Notes: generated by a model from the letters alone, not told the origin. A stretch of DNA of 23,539 nt from an uncultured delta proteobacterium (GCA_963712115.1 CAVQGX010000023.1:1-23539); one strand, 5' to 3'; shown: positions 9,046 to 18,417, counted from the stretch's first letter. Numbers and translations are program-made.

Positions 9046-9984
9046 ATGAGATCTTTACTCCAAGAAGGTTTATTTGCCGGCATCCGTAAAGGATGGAATG
9101 GCTTTGTTTGGATGATCAAGATTCTGGTTCCCATATCTCTTCTAACCGCCTTGCTGGCATGGAGCGGTTGGATAGAGAAAGGTCAGTTCATCATCCAACC
9201 TGTCATGGACTGGCTCAGCCTGCCGGCTGTTGCTGCCCTGCCTCTGATGATTGGGATGCTGACAGGAATCTACGGGGGAATAGCCGCAATGGTAGTTCTT
9301 CCCTTAACCACAGAGCAGATGACCCTCATAGCCATTTTCCTCCTCATGGCCCACAACTTGATCCAGGAAGGGGTCATTCAGGGCAAATCTGGGCTAAATC
9401 CCGCCAAGGCGACGGTTTTTCGTCTGATATGCGCCACATTGACCGTGATGGTTGTGGCTGCCTTCTTGGATATAAACGCTAACGTACCAGAAGCCCCAGT
9501 GGCCTCCGAAGTGATTAGGCAGACATTCTCACTTATGTTGTGGAAGTGGGCAATGGCTAGTTCAAAACTGTGCCTAAAGATTTTTTTCATCATAATGACT
9601 ATCTTAATAACCTTAGAAGTGTTTAAGAGAGTCGGCTGGATAGAACATATAGTCAGGGTGTGCAGACCTGTACTCAAAGCTTTGGGTCTGAGCGAAAAAG
9701 CGGGAATTCTCTGGATGACCGCTGCCCTGTTTGGTTTGGCCTACGGTGCGGCGGTAATTGTTGAAGAGGCAAATGAAGGGCATCTGGGCAAGGAAGAACT
9801 GGAGGCATTACACCTTTCCATCGGCATCAATCATTCCCTGATTGAAGATCCAGCTCTGTTCTTGGCCCTTGGATTAAGTGCTTTCTGGCTTTGGATTCCA
9901 AGGCTTATAACCGCTGTTATCGCTGTTCGCCTTTTCAGTGTCTACCACCTCCTGTTCACCAAGGGTCAATCCGTGGAACTTTAA
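9046..9984 (+). CDS. Nucleoside-recognition (Gate) domain membrane protein
   Basis: 312 aa polytopic membrane protein with two similar halves; motifs AHNLIQEG, GLAYGAAVI, NHSLIED typical of this family. Confidence 0.75.
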   Translation: MRSLLQEGLFAGIRKGWNGFVWMIKILVPISLLTALLAWSGWIEKGQFIIQPVMDWLSLPAVAALPLMIGMLTGIYGGIAAMVVLPLTTEQMTLIAIFLLMAHNLIQEGVIQGKSGLNPAKATVFRLICATLTVMVVAAFLDINANVPEAPVASEVIRQTFSLMLWKWAMASSKLCLKIFFIIMTILITLEVFKRVGWIEHIVRVCRPVLKALGLSEKAGILWMTAALFGLAYGAAVIVEEANEGHLGKEELEALHLSIGINHSLIEDPALFLALGLSAFWLWIPRLITAVIAVRLFSVYHLLFTKGQSVEL

Positions 9985-10198
9985 AATCCACAGCAACTTT
10001 TCAGAAAGTCAACTAGCTGCTGGCTGCCAGCTGATTAATGATGCTATTGCCAACAGGGACAAACCCTTGGTATTGTGCTAAAATATTATTTGCTCAAAGG
10101 AAAGGGTAGAGCTAGAGGGCGAGCGCGATCAGAAGATGGGTCATCAAAGATGCCATCTGATCTCAATTGTCCCAACGAGTGAGAAATAGGTATTTGAT

Positions 10199-11137
10199 AT
10201 GGCAGGGAAAGACTATTACAAAACCCTTGGTGTGAATAAGAATGCCAGCAAAGAGGAGATAAAAAAATCCTATCGAAAGCTGGCGATGAAATACCATCCT
10301 GACCAAAACAAGGGTGACAAAGCTTCGGAAGAACGCTTTAAAGAAGTAAACGAGGCCTACGCTGTGCTCAGCGACGAGGAAAAGCGCAAGCAGTACGACA
10401 TGTTCGGCGCTGAGGGCTTCCAGCAGCGGTTTAGCCAGGAAGACATTTTTAGAAACTTCGATTTCGGCCAAGTTTTCAGGGAGTTTGGCTTCGGCTCAGA
10501 AGATGTTTTCGGACGCATTTTCGGCGGAATGGGTGGAGGCCGTCGAACTTTCGGTAGAGGTAGGGGTGGCTTCCATTCCGGTGGTCCCTTTGGTCGCACC
10601 GCCCAGCAGCCCCAAAAGGGTGCTGATCTGGTTATGGACATGCAAGTGAGCTTGAAGGAGGCGGTTTTTGGCGTTTCCAAAATAGCAGGTTTCAATCGAG
10701 GCACCGGGGTGGAGCGTGTTACAGTAAAAGTTCCGCCTGGAATTTCCTCCGGCAAGAAACTTCGTATTGCTGGAAAAGGACAGGAAGGTCTATGGGGAGG
10801 TCCGGCAGGTGATTTATTAATCAAAACTCTAGTGGCACCCCACCCGGTCTTCGAACGCAGTGGCGACAATCTTATCATCAGCAGAGAGATCAGTCTCACC
10901 CAGGCAGTTTTGGGTACTCAGATAGATGTCCCAACCCTAGATGAAAAGACACTCAGTCTCAAGGTGCCCCCAGGCACCCAAAGCCACACACAGATGAGGA
11001 TAAAGGGGCACGGAGTACCTCATTTCAATAAAACAGGCAGGGGTGATCTTTACGTCAAGATTATGGTGCGTCTACCGAAATCCCTTACACCAGAGCAGGA
11101 AGAGCTGTTTAAACAACTCGCTGACCAGGATCTATAG
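10199..11137 (+). CDS. Class B DnaJ/CbpA-type co-chaperone
   Basis: J-domain KDYYKTLGV...KYHPD, G/F-rich linker, C-terminal domain; no CxxCxGxG zinc-finger repeats. Confidence 0.93.
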   Translation: MAGKDYYKTLGVNKNASKEEIKKSYRKLAMKYHPDQNKGDKASEERFKEVNEAYAVLSDEEKRKQYDMFGAEGFQQRFSQEDIFRNFDFGQVFREFGFGSEDVFGRIFGGMGGGRRTFGRGRGGFHSGGPFGRTAQQPQKGADLVMDMQVSLKEAVFGVSKIAGFNRGTGVERVTVKVPPGISSGKKLRIAGKGQEGLWGGPAGDLLIKTLVAPHPVFERSGDNLIISREISLTQAVLGTQIDVPTLDEKTLSLKVPPGTQSHTQMRIKGHGVPHFNKTGRGDLYVKIMVRLPKSLTPEQEELFKQLADQDL

Positions 11138-11166
11138 CGAAGTAAGTTGAGGGATTAACCTCCATT

Positions 11167-11319
11167 AAATCCGAATATCTAAATTCGAAATCCGAAACAA
11201 ATCTTAATGTCCAAAATCCCAATGACCAAAATTTGACTTTAATTTAGTCTACTGTTTTGAGCATTTGTAAATTTGAATTTTGAATTTGTTTCGTGCTTCG
11301 TGCTTAGGATTTCGGATTT
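11167..11319. repeat. Bipartite heptamer palindrome, copy 2
   Basis: 66-bp arms 11167-11232 and 11254-11319; ends AAATCCGAA/TTCGGATTT. Confidence 0.9.
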
Positions 11320-11343
11320 GCTGCACTTTCCCACGCTACTTAG

Positions 11344-12039
11344 ATGAGCACGACAAACTCGAAAATATCCGAGTTGAACCAAGAGACACTCAGAGTTGCA
11401 GCGGCGGACTTCCTCTATCTCCTGGACCGAGGCTACCCTCGCAGAGCTGGCCTTCAACTGGTTGGCAATCGGTACAACCTCGATGCGCTGCACCGGGAAG
11501 TCTTACACCGAGGTGTTTTTGCTCGCAAGGAAGCTGGAGAGCGACGTGACCGTCTTGTGGAAGTTGAACGGCTAGTTGACTTCAAGCTCTTGGTGGATGG
11601 TCACAATGTTTTGATAACCGTGGAGAGTGGCCTAGCAGGTCGATTACTAATCGCTGCCAATGACGGGGTGATTCGAGATGTGGCTGGAGTTTCCCACCGT
11701 TACCGAATCTCAACCCTGACACATGCGGCGATAGACACAATTTTTCAAGTCCTGCAAAAATATCCCCCCAAAGAAACTCTGTTCTTCTTGGATGCACCTA
11801 TTCGCCAAAGCGGTGAACTAGCGACTGCACTCCGTTCTGCCTTGAAAAGTTGGAATCTGTCGGGGGATGCGCAAGCCCTCAAAGTACCAGAAAGCAGGCT
11901 CATAGGAGGTGAGGGCGTTATAGCTAGCAGCGATTCTGCCGTGCTTGATGGGGTGCAGCGAGGGTTTGATCTTGCGGCCACCGCCATTAGATGCCTACCT
12001 CGGGAAGCAGATCTTATTGACTTTACATTCTTGGGTTAA
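11344..12039 (+). CDS. DUF434-like protein
   Basis: 231 aa; YLLDRGYP...LVGNRYNL, VDGHNVLITVES, DGVIRDVAG, ASSDS motifs resemble the DUF434/DUF5616 family (from recall). Confidence 0.75.
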   Translation: MSTTNSKISELNQETLRVAAADFLYLLDRGYPRRAGLQLVGNRYNLDALHREVLHRGVFARKEAGERRDRLVEVERLVDFKLLVDGHNVLITVESGLAGRLLIAANDGVIRDVAGVSHRYRISTLTHAAIDTIFQVLQKYPPKETLFFLDAPIRQSGELATALRSALKSWNLSGDAQALKVPESRLIGGEGVIASSDSAVLDGVQRGFDLAATAIRCLPREADLIDFTFLG

Positions 12040-12062
12040 TTATCCATCTTGTCTCTTTCCAC

Positions 12063-12090
12063 GCTATGCGCTATGCGCTATGCTCTATGC
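12063..12090. repeat. GCTATGC heptamer tandem
   Basis: GCTATGC GCTATGC GCTATGC TCTATGC. Confidence 0.8.
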
Positions 12091-12124
12091 GGCTGAGAGA
12101 ACTGCAAAGGTGTAAAGAAACAGC

Positions 12125-12805
12125 ATGATAAAACTGGAATCTGTGACAAAGACATACACCCTGGGCCAACAGCGGATAGTTGCAGTTAATGATGTATCCC
12201 TGACCATTGAGCCGGGAGAATTTGTGGCAATTATGGGTAAAAGTGGCTGTGGGAAGACCACTCTGCTTGGCTTAATCGGTGGGCTCGACCGTCCGGACAG
12301 GGGCCACATTTGGGTCGAGGGAGAGGATATTACCCAATTGCCTGACCTCAAACTTACCCGTTATCGCCGAGACCAGGTGGGCATCGTTTTCCAGTTCTTC
12401 AACCTGATTCCAATTTTGACCGTTTCCGAGAATGTGGCTCTGCCCTATACGCTCCAGGGGAGACCAGAAAGGGAGGTTCAGGCTCGGGTCGAAGAGTTGC
12501 TGGAGGACGTCGATCTCTGGGAGAGGCGCGATCACTATCCCCACGAAATTTCCGGCGGTGAGATGCAAAGAGTTGCCATAGCCAGGGCTCTGATCAATCG
12601 GCCAGGTCTTGTCTTGGCAGATGAACCCACAGGCAATTTGGATTCCCGTACAGGGCGTCAGGTCATGGAGGTGATGGCCGAACTCAGTCAGCGACACAAC
12701 ACTACCTTTGTGCTAGCCACTCATAGTAACGAGGCGGCCTCCTTCGCCAGCAGGAAGATGCATATGCGGGACGGCACACTGACATCACCAGAAAAAACTG
12801 TTTAG
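12125..12805 (+). CDS. ABC transporter ATP-binding protein, LolD/MacB (AttE-like) family
   Basis: Walker [10 protein letters not shown]-loop VFQFFNL, signature ISGGEMQR, Walker [12 protein letters not shown]-loop LATH. Confidence 0.95.
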   Translation: MIKLESVTKTYTLGQQRIVAVNDVSLTIEPGEFVAIMGKSGCGKTTLLGLIGGLDRPDRGHIWVEGEDITQLPDLKLTRYRRDQVGIVFQFFNLIPILTVSENVALPYTLQGRPEREVQARVEELLEDVDLWERRDHYPHEISGGEMQRVAIARALINRPGLVLADEPTGNLDSRTGRQVMEVMAELSQRHNTTFVLATHSNEAASFASRKMHMRDGTLTSPEKTV

Positions 12806-12866
12806 AGTACATAACCGTTCATCAAAGATAAGAGCACTATAGAGAGGCCTTACACTGGATGTCAGG

Positions 12867-13023
12867 AAATCCGAAATCCTAAATCCGAAGCACAAAACAA
12901 ATCCAAAATCCTAATGTTCCAATGTTCAAAACAGGCTGTTAATGGCGGTCCAAATACGTTTTGGTCATTTGGATTTTGAAAATTTGAATTTGTTTCGGAT
13001 TTCGATATTCGAATTTAGGATTT
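12867..13023. repeat. Bipartite heptamer palindrome, copy 3
   Basis: 66-bp arms 12867-12932 and 12958-13023, located between the ABC ATPase and permease genes. Confidence 0.9.
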
Positions 13024-13088
13024 GCCAGGCGCGGTTAGCACTTCGAATCTCGTATCTGTACCCAGCTGTGATGTTGTCGGGAGGTTAA

Positions 13089-15650
13089 ATGCTTAAACTC
13101 TGGCGTTGGTTTTGTCTCAGACATCTGAGAAGCTATAAAGGCCGTGCTTTTCTATGCCTCCTTGGTGTGGCCTTGGGGGTGGCGGTTTTTGTGGGGATAA
13201 AAACAGCAGCCTCCAGCGCTTTAGTCTCCTTCCAGGATACGGTAACTTCGCTGACCGGTAAGGCACAACTTCAGGTAACGGGTCAGGGGAACGGCTTCCC
13301 TGAGGAAATCTATGCCAGGGTGACTTCTTTAGAAGAAGTACATGCAGCCACGCCGGTTTTGGAATTCAATGTCATAGCAACAGCCCCGGTGGATGAGCCC
13401 CTGCTTATGCTGGGGATCGATGTCTTCAGTGACCAAGAATTTCGGCAGTACCATTTTGTAGATTCGCAAGAAAAAAATGGAGCCGTCCTATCTTTTCTCA
13501 CCGAACCTGGCGCAATTGCCCTCACTGAGAAGTTCGCAGAGCGCCACGGGCTCAAGGTGGGTGACGAACTGGAAATCCTCTCCGGCTCCCGACGACTGTC
13601 ATTCACTGTGCGGGCGCTACTCAAACTCAGAGGTCCGGCTCGCGCTTTGGAGGGCAACTTGGCCCTGGTAGATATTGCCACTGCCCAGGAGGTCTTCGAA
13701 CAGCTAGGGCGACTTCATCGCATAGATCTGATCCTGGCTGAAGATGTATCGCCCGAGGAGGTGAAGGAAAAACTGCAGAACCTCCTACCGGCTGATCTGA
13801 CGGTGGAGCCACCGCAAAAACGTCTCGGGCGAATAAGCGATATGATAAAGGCCTACCGCTTGAACCTCCTTGCCCTGAGTCTTATCGCTTTATTCGTTGG
13901 GATTTTTCTCGTTTACAACGCTGTAGCCTTTGCGGTTCACAAGAGGCGTTATGAAATCGCCATGCTCCGTGTACTAGGAACCCAGAGGTGGCAGATACTT
14001 GGACTTTTCCTGGGCGAGGCTCTCCTCGTAGGATTACTTGGCGCATTAATTGGAGTGGGTCTGGGTCTGGTGATGGCGAAGATTGCCCTTCGGGCGATGG
14101 CAGGGACGATAAGTGAGCTCTACCTCTTAGTAAGGGCTGAGACCCTCAGCCTTTCTCCCCTAGTAATTCTTCTGGGTGCAGGAGCAGCCTTGGGCGTGGC
14201 CTTGCTGGGTGGGCTCTTTCCCTCCCTTGAGGCCAGCCGTACTCTACCAAGGGAAGCTCTCTATCGAAGCGCACAGGAGAGGCGGCTGAAGATGAATCTC
14301 GGTAGAATCTCTCTGGTGGGAGTCATAGTGTTGGGGGCGGGCTATCTGTGTAGCCAACTGCAACCAGTAAACGGACTGCCTCTTTTTGGTTTTGTTGCGG
14401 CCTTTTTGATTCTGGCAGGATTTTCCTTTCTCACACCGGCTAGCGTCCTCCTGGTGAACCGAGCTCTGGCGCCGGGGCTGGCTGGTATATTCAAAATAGA
14501 AGGCAAAATGGCAAGTCGCTATCTTGGCCGATCTCTGAATCGCTCGGCGGTTGCTATTGCCTCTTTGATGACAGCCCTTGCCATGCTCATTAGCATCTCC
14601 ATAATGATCCTCAGTTTCCGGCAGACAGTGAAGGTCTGGACAGAGCAGATTATTTCCGCAGATCTTTTCATCTCACCAGCGGGGCGGCTAACCGGCCAAA
14701 GAGGCAATTTACCTCCTGAGTTGGTCGAGTCACTGCCGAAACTTCCCGGACTTGTCGCCATGGAGCGTTTGACTGAGATTCCAATGAGTATAGATAACGC
14801 GCCGGCACTCTTGTTTGTCACGGATCTGGAGGTCAAAGCGAAGTTGAGCAGGATAATGTTGAGAAAGGGCTCCTCCAAAGAGATTCTTCGTCGCTGCAGG
14901 GAGCAGGGGCAGATCACAATCTCTGAGGTTCTAGCAAATCGGTTGAATCTCGCTGAAGGAGATTACCTCCAAATGCCTACCCCTAGAGGGCTGGAAAGTT
15001 TCCTGATCGCGGGTGTTTTTTACGACTACCGCACAGAGGGCGGAATGGTAATCATGGACCGGTCAACCTATGTGAAATATTGGCCGGAGGAGCGGCGGTA
15101 CACCTCTGTGGGAATATATCTTGAACCTGGATCCAGTCTGGCTGAAGTGCGAAACCTCATTCGAGGTCGGCTCAAGAGAAGTGAGGAGGTGTTCATCACG
15201 AGCAACAAGGAACTGCGGCAGGAGATACTGCGCATTTTTGATCAGACTTTTTCCATTACCTATGCACTGCAAATAGTTGCAATTGTGGTGGCGATTTTCG
15301 GTATCGTAAACACCCTGGTACTTCTGGTCATGGAGCGGGAGCGGGATATCGGTGTCCTCAAGGCCGTGGGAGCTACAAACTGGCAAGTTCAGAAAATGAC
15401 TCTGCTGGAAGCCGGACTAATGGGCCTGATAAGTTTTGTCTTAGGAGCGGTAAACGGTATACTTCTTTCATTGCTTCTTATCTTCGTCATAAACAAACAA
15501 TCCTTTGGCTGGACTATTCAATTCAGTGTTCCAGGGACGATGCTTGGCAAGACCCTGATCCTAGTTCTGGCTTGTGCTGTGATTGCAGGCATCTTTCCGG
15601 CTCGAGCCGCAGTTAGTAAGCGAATAAGTGAAGTGATGAGACTGGAGTAA
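13089..15650 (+). CDS. ABC transporter permease, duplicated FtsX/MacB type (AttF/G-like)
   Basis: 853 aa; two MacB-periplasmic + FtsX halves (RRYEIAMLRVLG; ERERDIGVLKAVGA); INKQSFGW motif; RBS GGAGG. Confidence 0.92.
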   Translation: MLKLWRWFCLRHLRSYKGRAFLCLLGVALGVAVFVGIKTAASSALVSFQDTVTSLTGKAQLQVTGQGNGFPEEIYARVTSLEEVHAATPVLEFNVIATAPVDEPLLMLGIDVFSDQEFRQYHFVDSQEKNGAVLSFLTEPGAIALTEKFAERHGLKVGDELEILSGSRRLSFTVRALLKLRGPARALEGNLALVDIATAQEVFEQLGRLHRIDLILAEDVSPEEVKEKLQNLLPADLTVEPPQKRLGRISDMIKAYRLNLLALSLIALFVGIFLVYNAVAFAVHKRRYEIAMLRVLGTQRWQILGLFLGEALLVGLLGALIGVGLGLVMAKIALRAMAGTISELYLLVRAETLSLSPLVILLGAGAALGVALLGGLFPSLEASRTLPREALYRSAQERRLKMNLGRISLVGVIVLGAGYLCSQLQPVNGLPLFGFVAAFLILAGFSFLTPASVLLVNRALAPGLAGIFKIEGKMASRYLGRSLNRSAVAIASLMTALAMLISISIMILSFRQTVKVWTEQIISADLFISPAGRLTGQRGNLPPELVESLPKLPGLVAMERLTEIPMSIDNAPALLFVTDLEVKAKLSRIMLRKGSSKEILRRCREQGQITISEVLANRLNLAEGDYLQMPTPRGLESFLIAGVFYDYRTEGGMVIMDRSTYVKYWPEERRYTSVGIYLEPGSSLAEVRNLIRGRLKRSEEVFITSNKELRQEILRIFDQTFSITYALQIVAIVVAIFGIVNTLVLLVMERERDIGVLKAVGATNWQVQKMTLLEAGLMGLISFVLGAVNGILLSLLLIFVINKQSFGWTIQFSVPGTMLGKTLILVLACAVIAGIFPARAAVSKRISEVMRLE

Positions 15651-15659
15651 AACCAGCTT

Positions 15660-15717
15660 GCAGCAAGCGGCTAGCAGCGGGAAGCAGGTGACTAGGCACT
15701 AAACACTATGCACCAGG
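15660..15717. repeat. GCAG-type then ACTAGGC-type heptamer tracts
   Basis: GCAGCAAGCGGCTAGCAGCGGGAAGCAGG followed by ACTAGGC ACTAAAC ACTATGC ACCAGG; same order as 2248-2308. Confidence 0.65.
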
Positions 15718-15719
15718 AG

Positions 15720-15923
15720 GTCACTACGCTTCGCGCCATTGCGCTTCACTGTCATTAAGCCACTAAAGTGGCCGTCATTAAGCTTCGCTGTCATTTGTTG
15801 TCACTAAACAATGAGAGACCATGAATGACGCCGAAGGCAAATGACCATAAGTGACAGCCGTAAGGCCTAATGACGGGCGCAAGCCCTATTGACGGCGAAG
15901 CCAAATGACCTAATGACAGTGAC
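15720..15923. repeat. TGAC plus mini-hairpin bipartite array, copy B
   Basis: Left: GTCA units with CGCTTCGCG, GCCACTAAAGTGGC, AGCTTCGCT; right: TGAC units with GCC-GAA-GGC, GCC-GTAA-GGC, GGGC-GCAA-GCCC, GGC-GAA-GCC. Confidence 0.88.
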
Positions 15924-15926
15924 AAT

Positions 15927-16505
15927 ATGGACTTTATAGAAAAGAAAAGACAGGTATTCCAGCTATATGACGAGTATGAGATGTTTGTACAGCCTTATAA
16001 AATTCAGGCGGTCTGTGAAAAAGGTTGTGCCTCCTGTTGTATAGACGTTGGGAATGTTGGGGCAACGACGCTTGAGGGCTTGATTGTCCTCGAATACCTG
16101 CAAGGGTGGGATCACCAGGCAATTGAGGAGATTAACCGTAGCCTAAGAGAGAATAGGAGTGAGAAGCTGAACAGTGTCCTAGTACGCTGCCCTTTCTTGG
16201 ATGAAGAGGCGAGCTGTCGCATCTATGCTGTGCGCCCATTTAGCTGCAGAAGACTCTATTCAGTCAAAAAATGTGATGGCCAGGGGGCGGTGGTTCATAG
16301 ACTGTCCGTTGTATTAGGGCAGAAGATGGAGAAGGAGTTACAGGATTTAGACCCAGAGGGATGTTCGGGACACCTGAGCTTCATTCTTCACCTGCTGAAG
16401 AAGGAACCATTTCGCTGGGGCTATCTGAAAGGAAGTTGGAATTTGGAGGAATTCAGGGACATTATCGAGCGCTATGAGCTAGTGGTGCACAAAGGGGCCC
16501 CATAG
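15927..16505 (+). CDS. YkgJ-family cysteine-cluster protein (CxxxCxxCC, putative Zn/Fe-S binding)
   Basis: CEKGCASCC, CPFLDEEASCRIYAVRPFSCR motifs. Confidence 0.85.
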   Translation: MDFIEKKRQVFQLYDEYEMFVQPYKIQAVCEKGCASCCIDVGNVGATTLEGLIVLEYLQGWDHQAIEEINRSLRENRSEKLNSVLVRCPFLDEEASCRIYAVRPFSCRRLYSVKKCDGQGAVVHRLSVVLGQKMEKELQDLDPEGCSGHLSFILHLLKKEPFRWGYLKGSWNLEEFRDIIERYELVVHKGAP

Positions 16506-16552
16506 GGGCCAAGCCCCTTTGTGCAGCAGGCAGATAGGAGCGGACAGCAAGG

Positions 16553-16616
16553 TCGCAACGAGGACGTTGCTCCTACAATTATGACAATTCCTGTAGGAGC
16601 GACCTCCTGGTCGCGA
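16553..16616. repeat. GTAG-family REP doublet (REPIN-like)
   Basis: Minus copy 16553-16576 reads GTAGGAGC-AACG-TCCT-CGTT-GCGA; plus copy 16593-16616 reads GTAGGAGC-GACC-TCCT-GGTC-GCGA. Confidence 0.85.
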
Positions 16617-16631
16617 TCAAAAATCATTCTG

Positions 16632-17795
16632 ATGAATCCGATGGCCTTTGAAACTGAAAAACATCTGTTGAACGCCCGTAGACTGCGAAGACGATTTCTC
16701 CCAATGTTCTTTGTAGCTCTTCTATTGCATACCTCTACAGCAATCCAGGTTGAAACGGCAGAACCAAGGTTCCGACGGGCGCTACCAGGATATGTCTACC
16801 GCTTTCCCGCGGACCATGCAGCCCATCCAGAGTTCCGCACCGAATGGTGGTACTACACCGGACATCTCAGCACGGTAAAAGGGCGTAACTTCGGGTTTCA
16901 ACTAACTTTTTTTCGACACGCTCTCAAACCGGCAGCAAAACAATCCCAGTCGCGCTGGGCTCTCCACACCCTCTATTTCGTTCATTTCGCTGTAACAGAT
17001 GAGCAAGAGGACAGTTACCGCTTTCAAGAGAAAGTGAGCAGGGGGGCTCTGGATGTGGCCGGGGCTGATCCTAAGGTCTATCGTGTGTGGGTGGAGGACT
17101 GGGAGGTCAGCTTGCAAGGAAGCGAGCATAGACTCAAAGCTGGGAAGGAGGACATGGGCATCGATCTAGCTCTGGTGCCTATCAAGTCCGCAGTTATTCA
17201 TGGTGAAAACGGAGTGAGCCATAAGGCGGCAGGTGAGGGATACGCTTCGCACTACTATTCGCTGACGCGGATGGAAGCAAAAGGTAAGCTTTACTGGCAA
17301 GGCCGGTCCTACGAGGTCAAAGGACTAGCCTGGATGGACCACGAATTCGGGTCCAATCAGTTGCGCGACTACCAGGTTGGCTGGGATTGGTTCAGCGTGC
17401 AATTGGACAACCAGATCGAACTGATGCTCTACATCATCCGCCATAAAGACGGCAAACCTGATCCAACCTCAAGCGGCACCTTTGTGTATCCTGACGGTCG
17501 GAAAGAACACCTCCCTTTGCAGACTTTTGGCATAGAAGTGCTGGGGTCTTGGAAAAGCAGGAAGAGCGCTACCACTTATCCGTCGGGTTGGCTGATCAGA
17601 GTCCCCAGCAAAAAACTTGAACTGAGATTGATACCTACAGTGGAAGATCAGGAATTAACCACAAACAAAAGCACTCTGGTCAACTATTGGGAAGGCAGTG
17701 TCCGGGTCCAGGGAAGGCTCGGAGGCAAGGATGTCGAGGGGCAAGGTTATGTTGAACTAACTGGATATGATGCCAAGTTTCGCCCAGACATTTAG
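16632..17795 (+). CDS. AttH/CrtC-like lipocalin-fold secreted protein
   Basis: FPADHAAHPEFRTEWWYYTG, FGFQLTFFR, YYSLTR, AWMDHEF, GWDWFSVQL, YWEG, GYVELTGY; RRRFL + hydrophobic signal. ORF-track start 16521 reads through a REP; real start uncertain (16632, 16641, 16668 or 16704). Confidence 0.85.
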   Translation: MNPMAFETEKHLLNARRLRRRFLPMFFVALLLHTSTAIQVETAEPRFRRALPGYVYRFPADHAAHPEFRTEWWYYTGHLSTVKGRNFGFQLTFFRHALKPAAKQSQSRWALHTLYFVHFAVTDEQEDSYRFQEKVSRGALDVAGADPKVYRVWVEDWEVSLQGSEHRLKAGKEDMGIDLALVPIKSAVIHGENGVSHKAAGEGYASHYYSLTRMEAKGKLYWQGRSYEVKGLAWMDHEFGSNQLRDYQVGWDWFSVQLDNQIELMLYIIRHKDGKPDPTSSGTFVYPDGRKEHLPLQTFGIEVLGSWKSRKSATTYPSGWLIRVPSKKLELRLIPTVEDQELTTNKSTLVNYWEGSVRVQGRLGGKDVEGQGYVELTGYDAKFRPDI

Positions 17796-17825
17796 GGTTC
17801 GGGGATCAGCATAGAGCATTACGCA

Positions 17826-17866
17826 ATTTTAGGCATTTTAGCTCACTTTAGCACATTTTAGACATT
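17826..17866. repeat. Short 9-10 bp tandem repeat
   Basis: ATTTTAGGC ATTTTAGCTC ACTTTAGCAC ATTTTAGAC. Confidence 0.7.
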
Positions 17867-17884
17867 GAGATCGGAGGTCTAAAT

Positions 17885-18202
17885 ATGACGGAATACGTAG
17901 TAGTATTTGTTACAGCCCCGGCGGAGGAGGCTCCTCAGCTGGCCAAAACCCTGGTGGAGGAAAGGTTGGTAGCTTGCGTCAACATAGTGCCGGGACTGAG
18001 ATCCATATACTGGTGGCAAGGTAAAGTAGAGGATGAGCCCGAGGTGCTCTGCATTATGAAGACTCAAAGCAACCTGTTTGAGTCTTTAAGAGATCGGGTA
18101 CGGGAACTGCACTCTTACGAGGTGGAGGAAATTATAGCTCTGCCCATTCTGGCGGGCAACCTACCATACTTGGATTGGATTAAAGAGAATACACAACAAT
18201 AA
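17885..18202 (+). CDS. cutA: Divalent-cation tolerance protein CutA
   Basis: LVEERLVACVNIVP, SIYWWQG, HSYEVEEI, YLDWI; RBS GGAGG. Confidence 0.95.
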   Translation: MTEYVVVFVTAPAEEAPQLAKTLVEERLVACVNIVPGLRSIYWWQGKVEDEPEVLCIMKTQSNLFESLRDRVRELHSYEVEEIIALPILAGNLPYLDWIKENTQQ

Positions 18203-18319
18203 TCGAGTTCGACGTATGGAGTTGCCTTTGATGGCGGAGTCATATGGCGAACCCAAATCCACCGTCTAATTTAGTTATCAGGACTGAAATCAGCGGTTTA
18301 TGGAGCATTCCTGATCACC

Positions 18320-18338
18320 GGCAAGGGTCTTGCCTTTT
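18320..18338 (+). terminator. Possible intrinsic terminator
   Basis: GGCAAG-GGT-CTTGCC followed by TTTT, downstream of cutA in a convergent spacer; short stem and short U-tract. Confidence 0.35.
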
Positions 18339-18350
18339 AGGACTGTACGA

Positions 18351-18378
18351 GGAGTGTTGGAGTAATGGAGTATTGGAG
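18351..18378. repeat. Octamer tandem GGAGTRWT
   Basis: GGAGTGTT GGAGTAAT GGAGTATT GGAG. Confidence 0.7.
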
Positions 18379-18417
18379 CTTCGGAAAAACCTTAGATGCC
18401 TGAATATTAGACCCCGC

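Noticed and set aside
10127-10163. Hairpin upstream of dnaJ as CIRCE or RNA thermometer
   Set aside because: Does not match TTAGCACTC-N9-GAGTGCTAA and does not cover the start region.
18210-18316. Fluoride-riboswitch-like words and weak hairpins after cutA
   Set aside because: The GGCGATGG...CGCC pairing is absent on both strands, and the position between convergent 3' ends is not regulatory.
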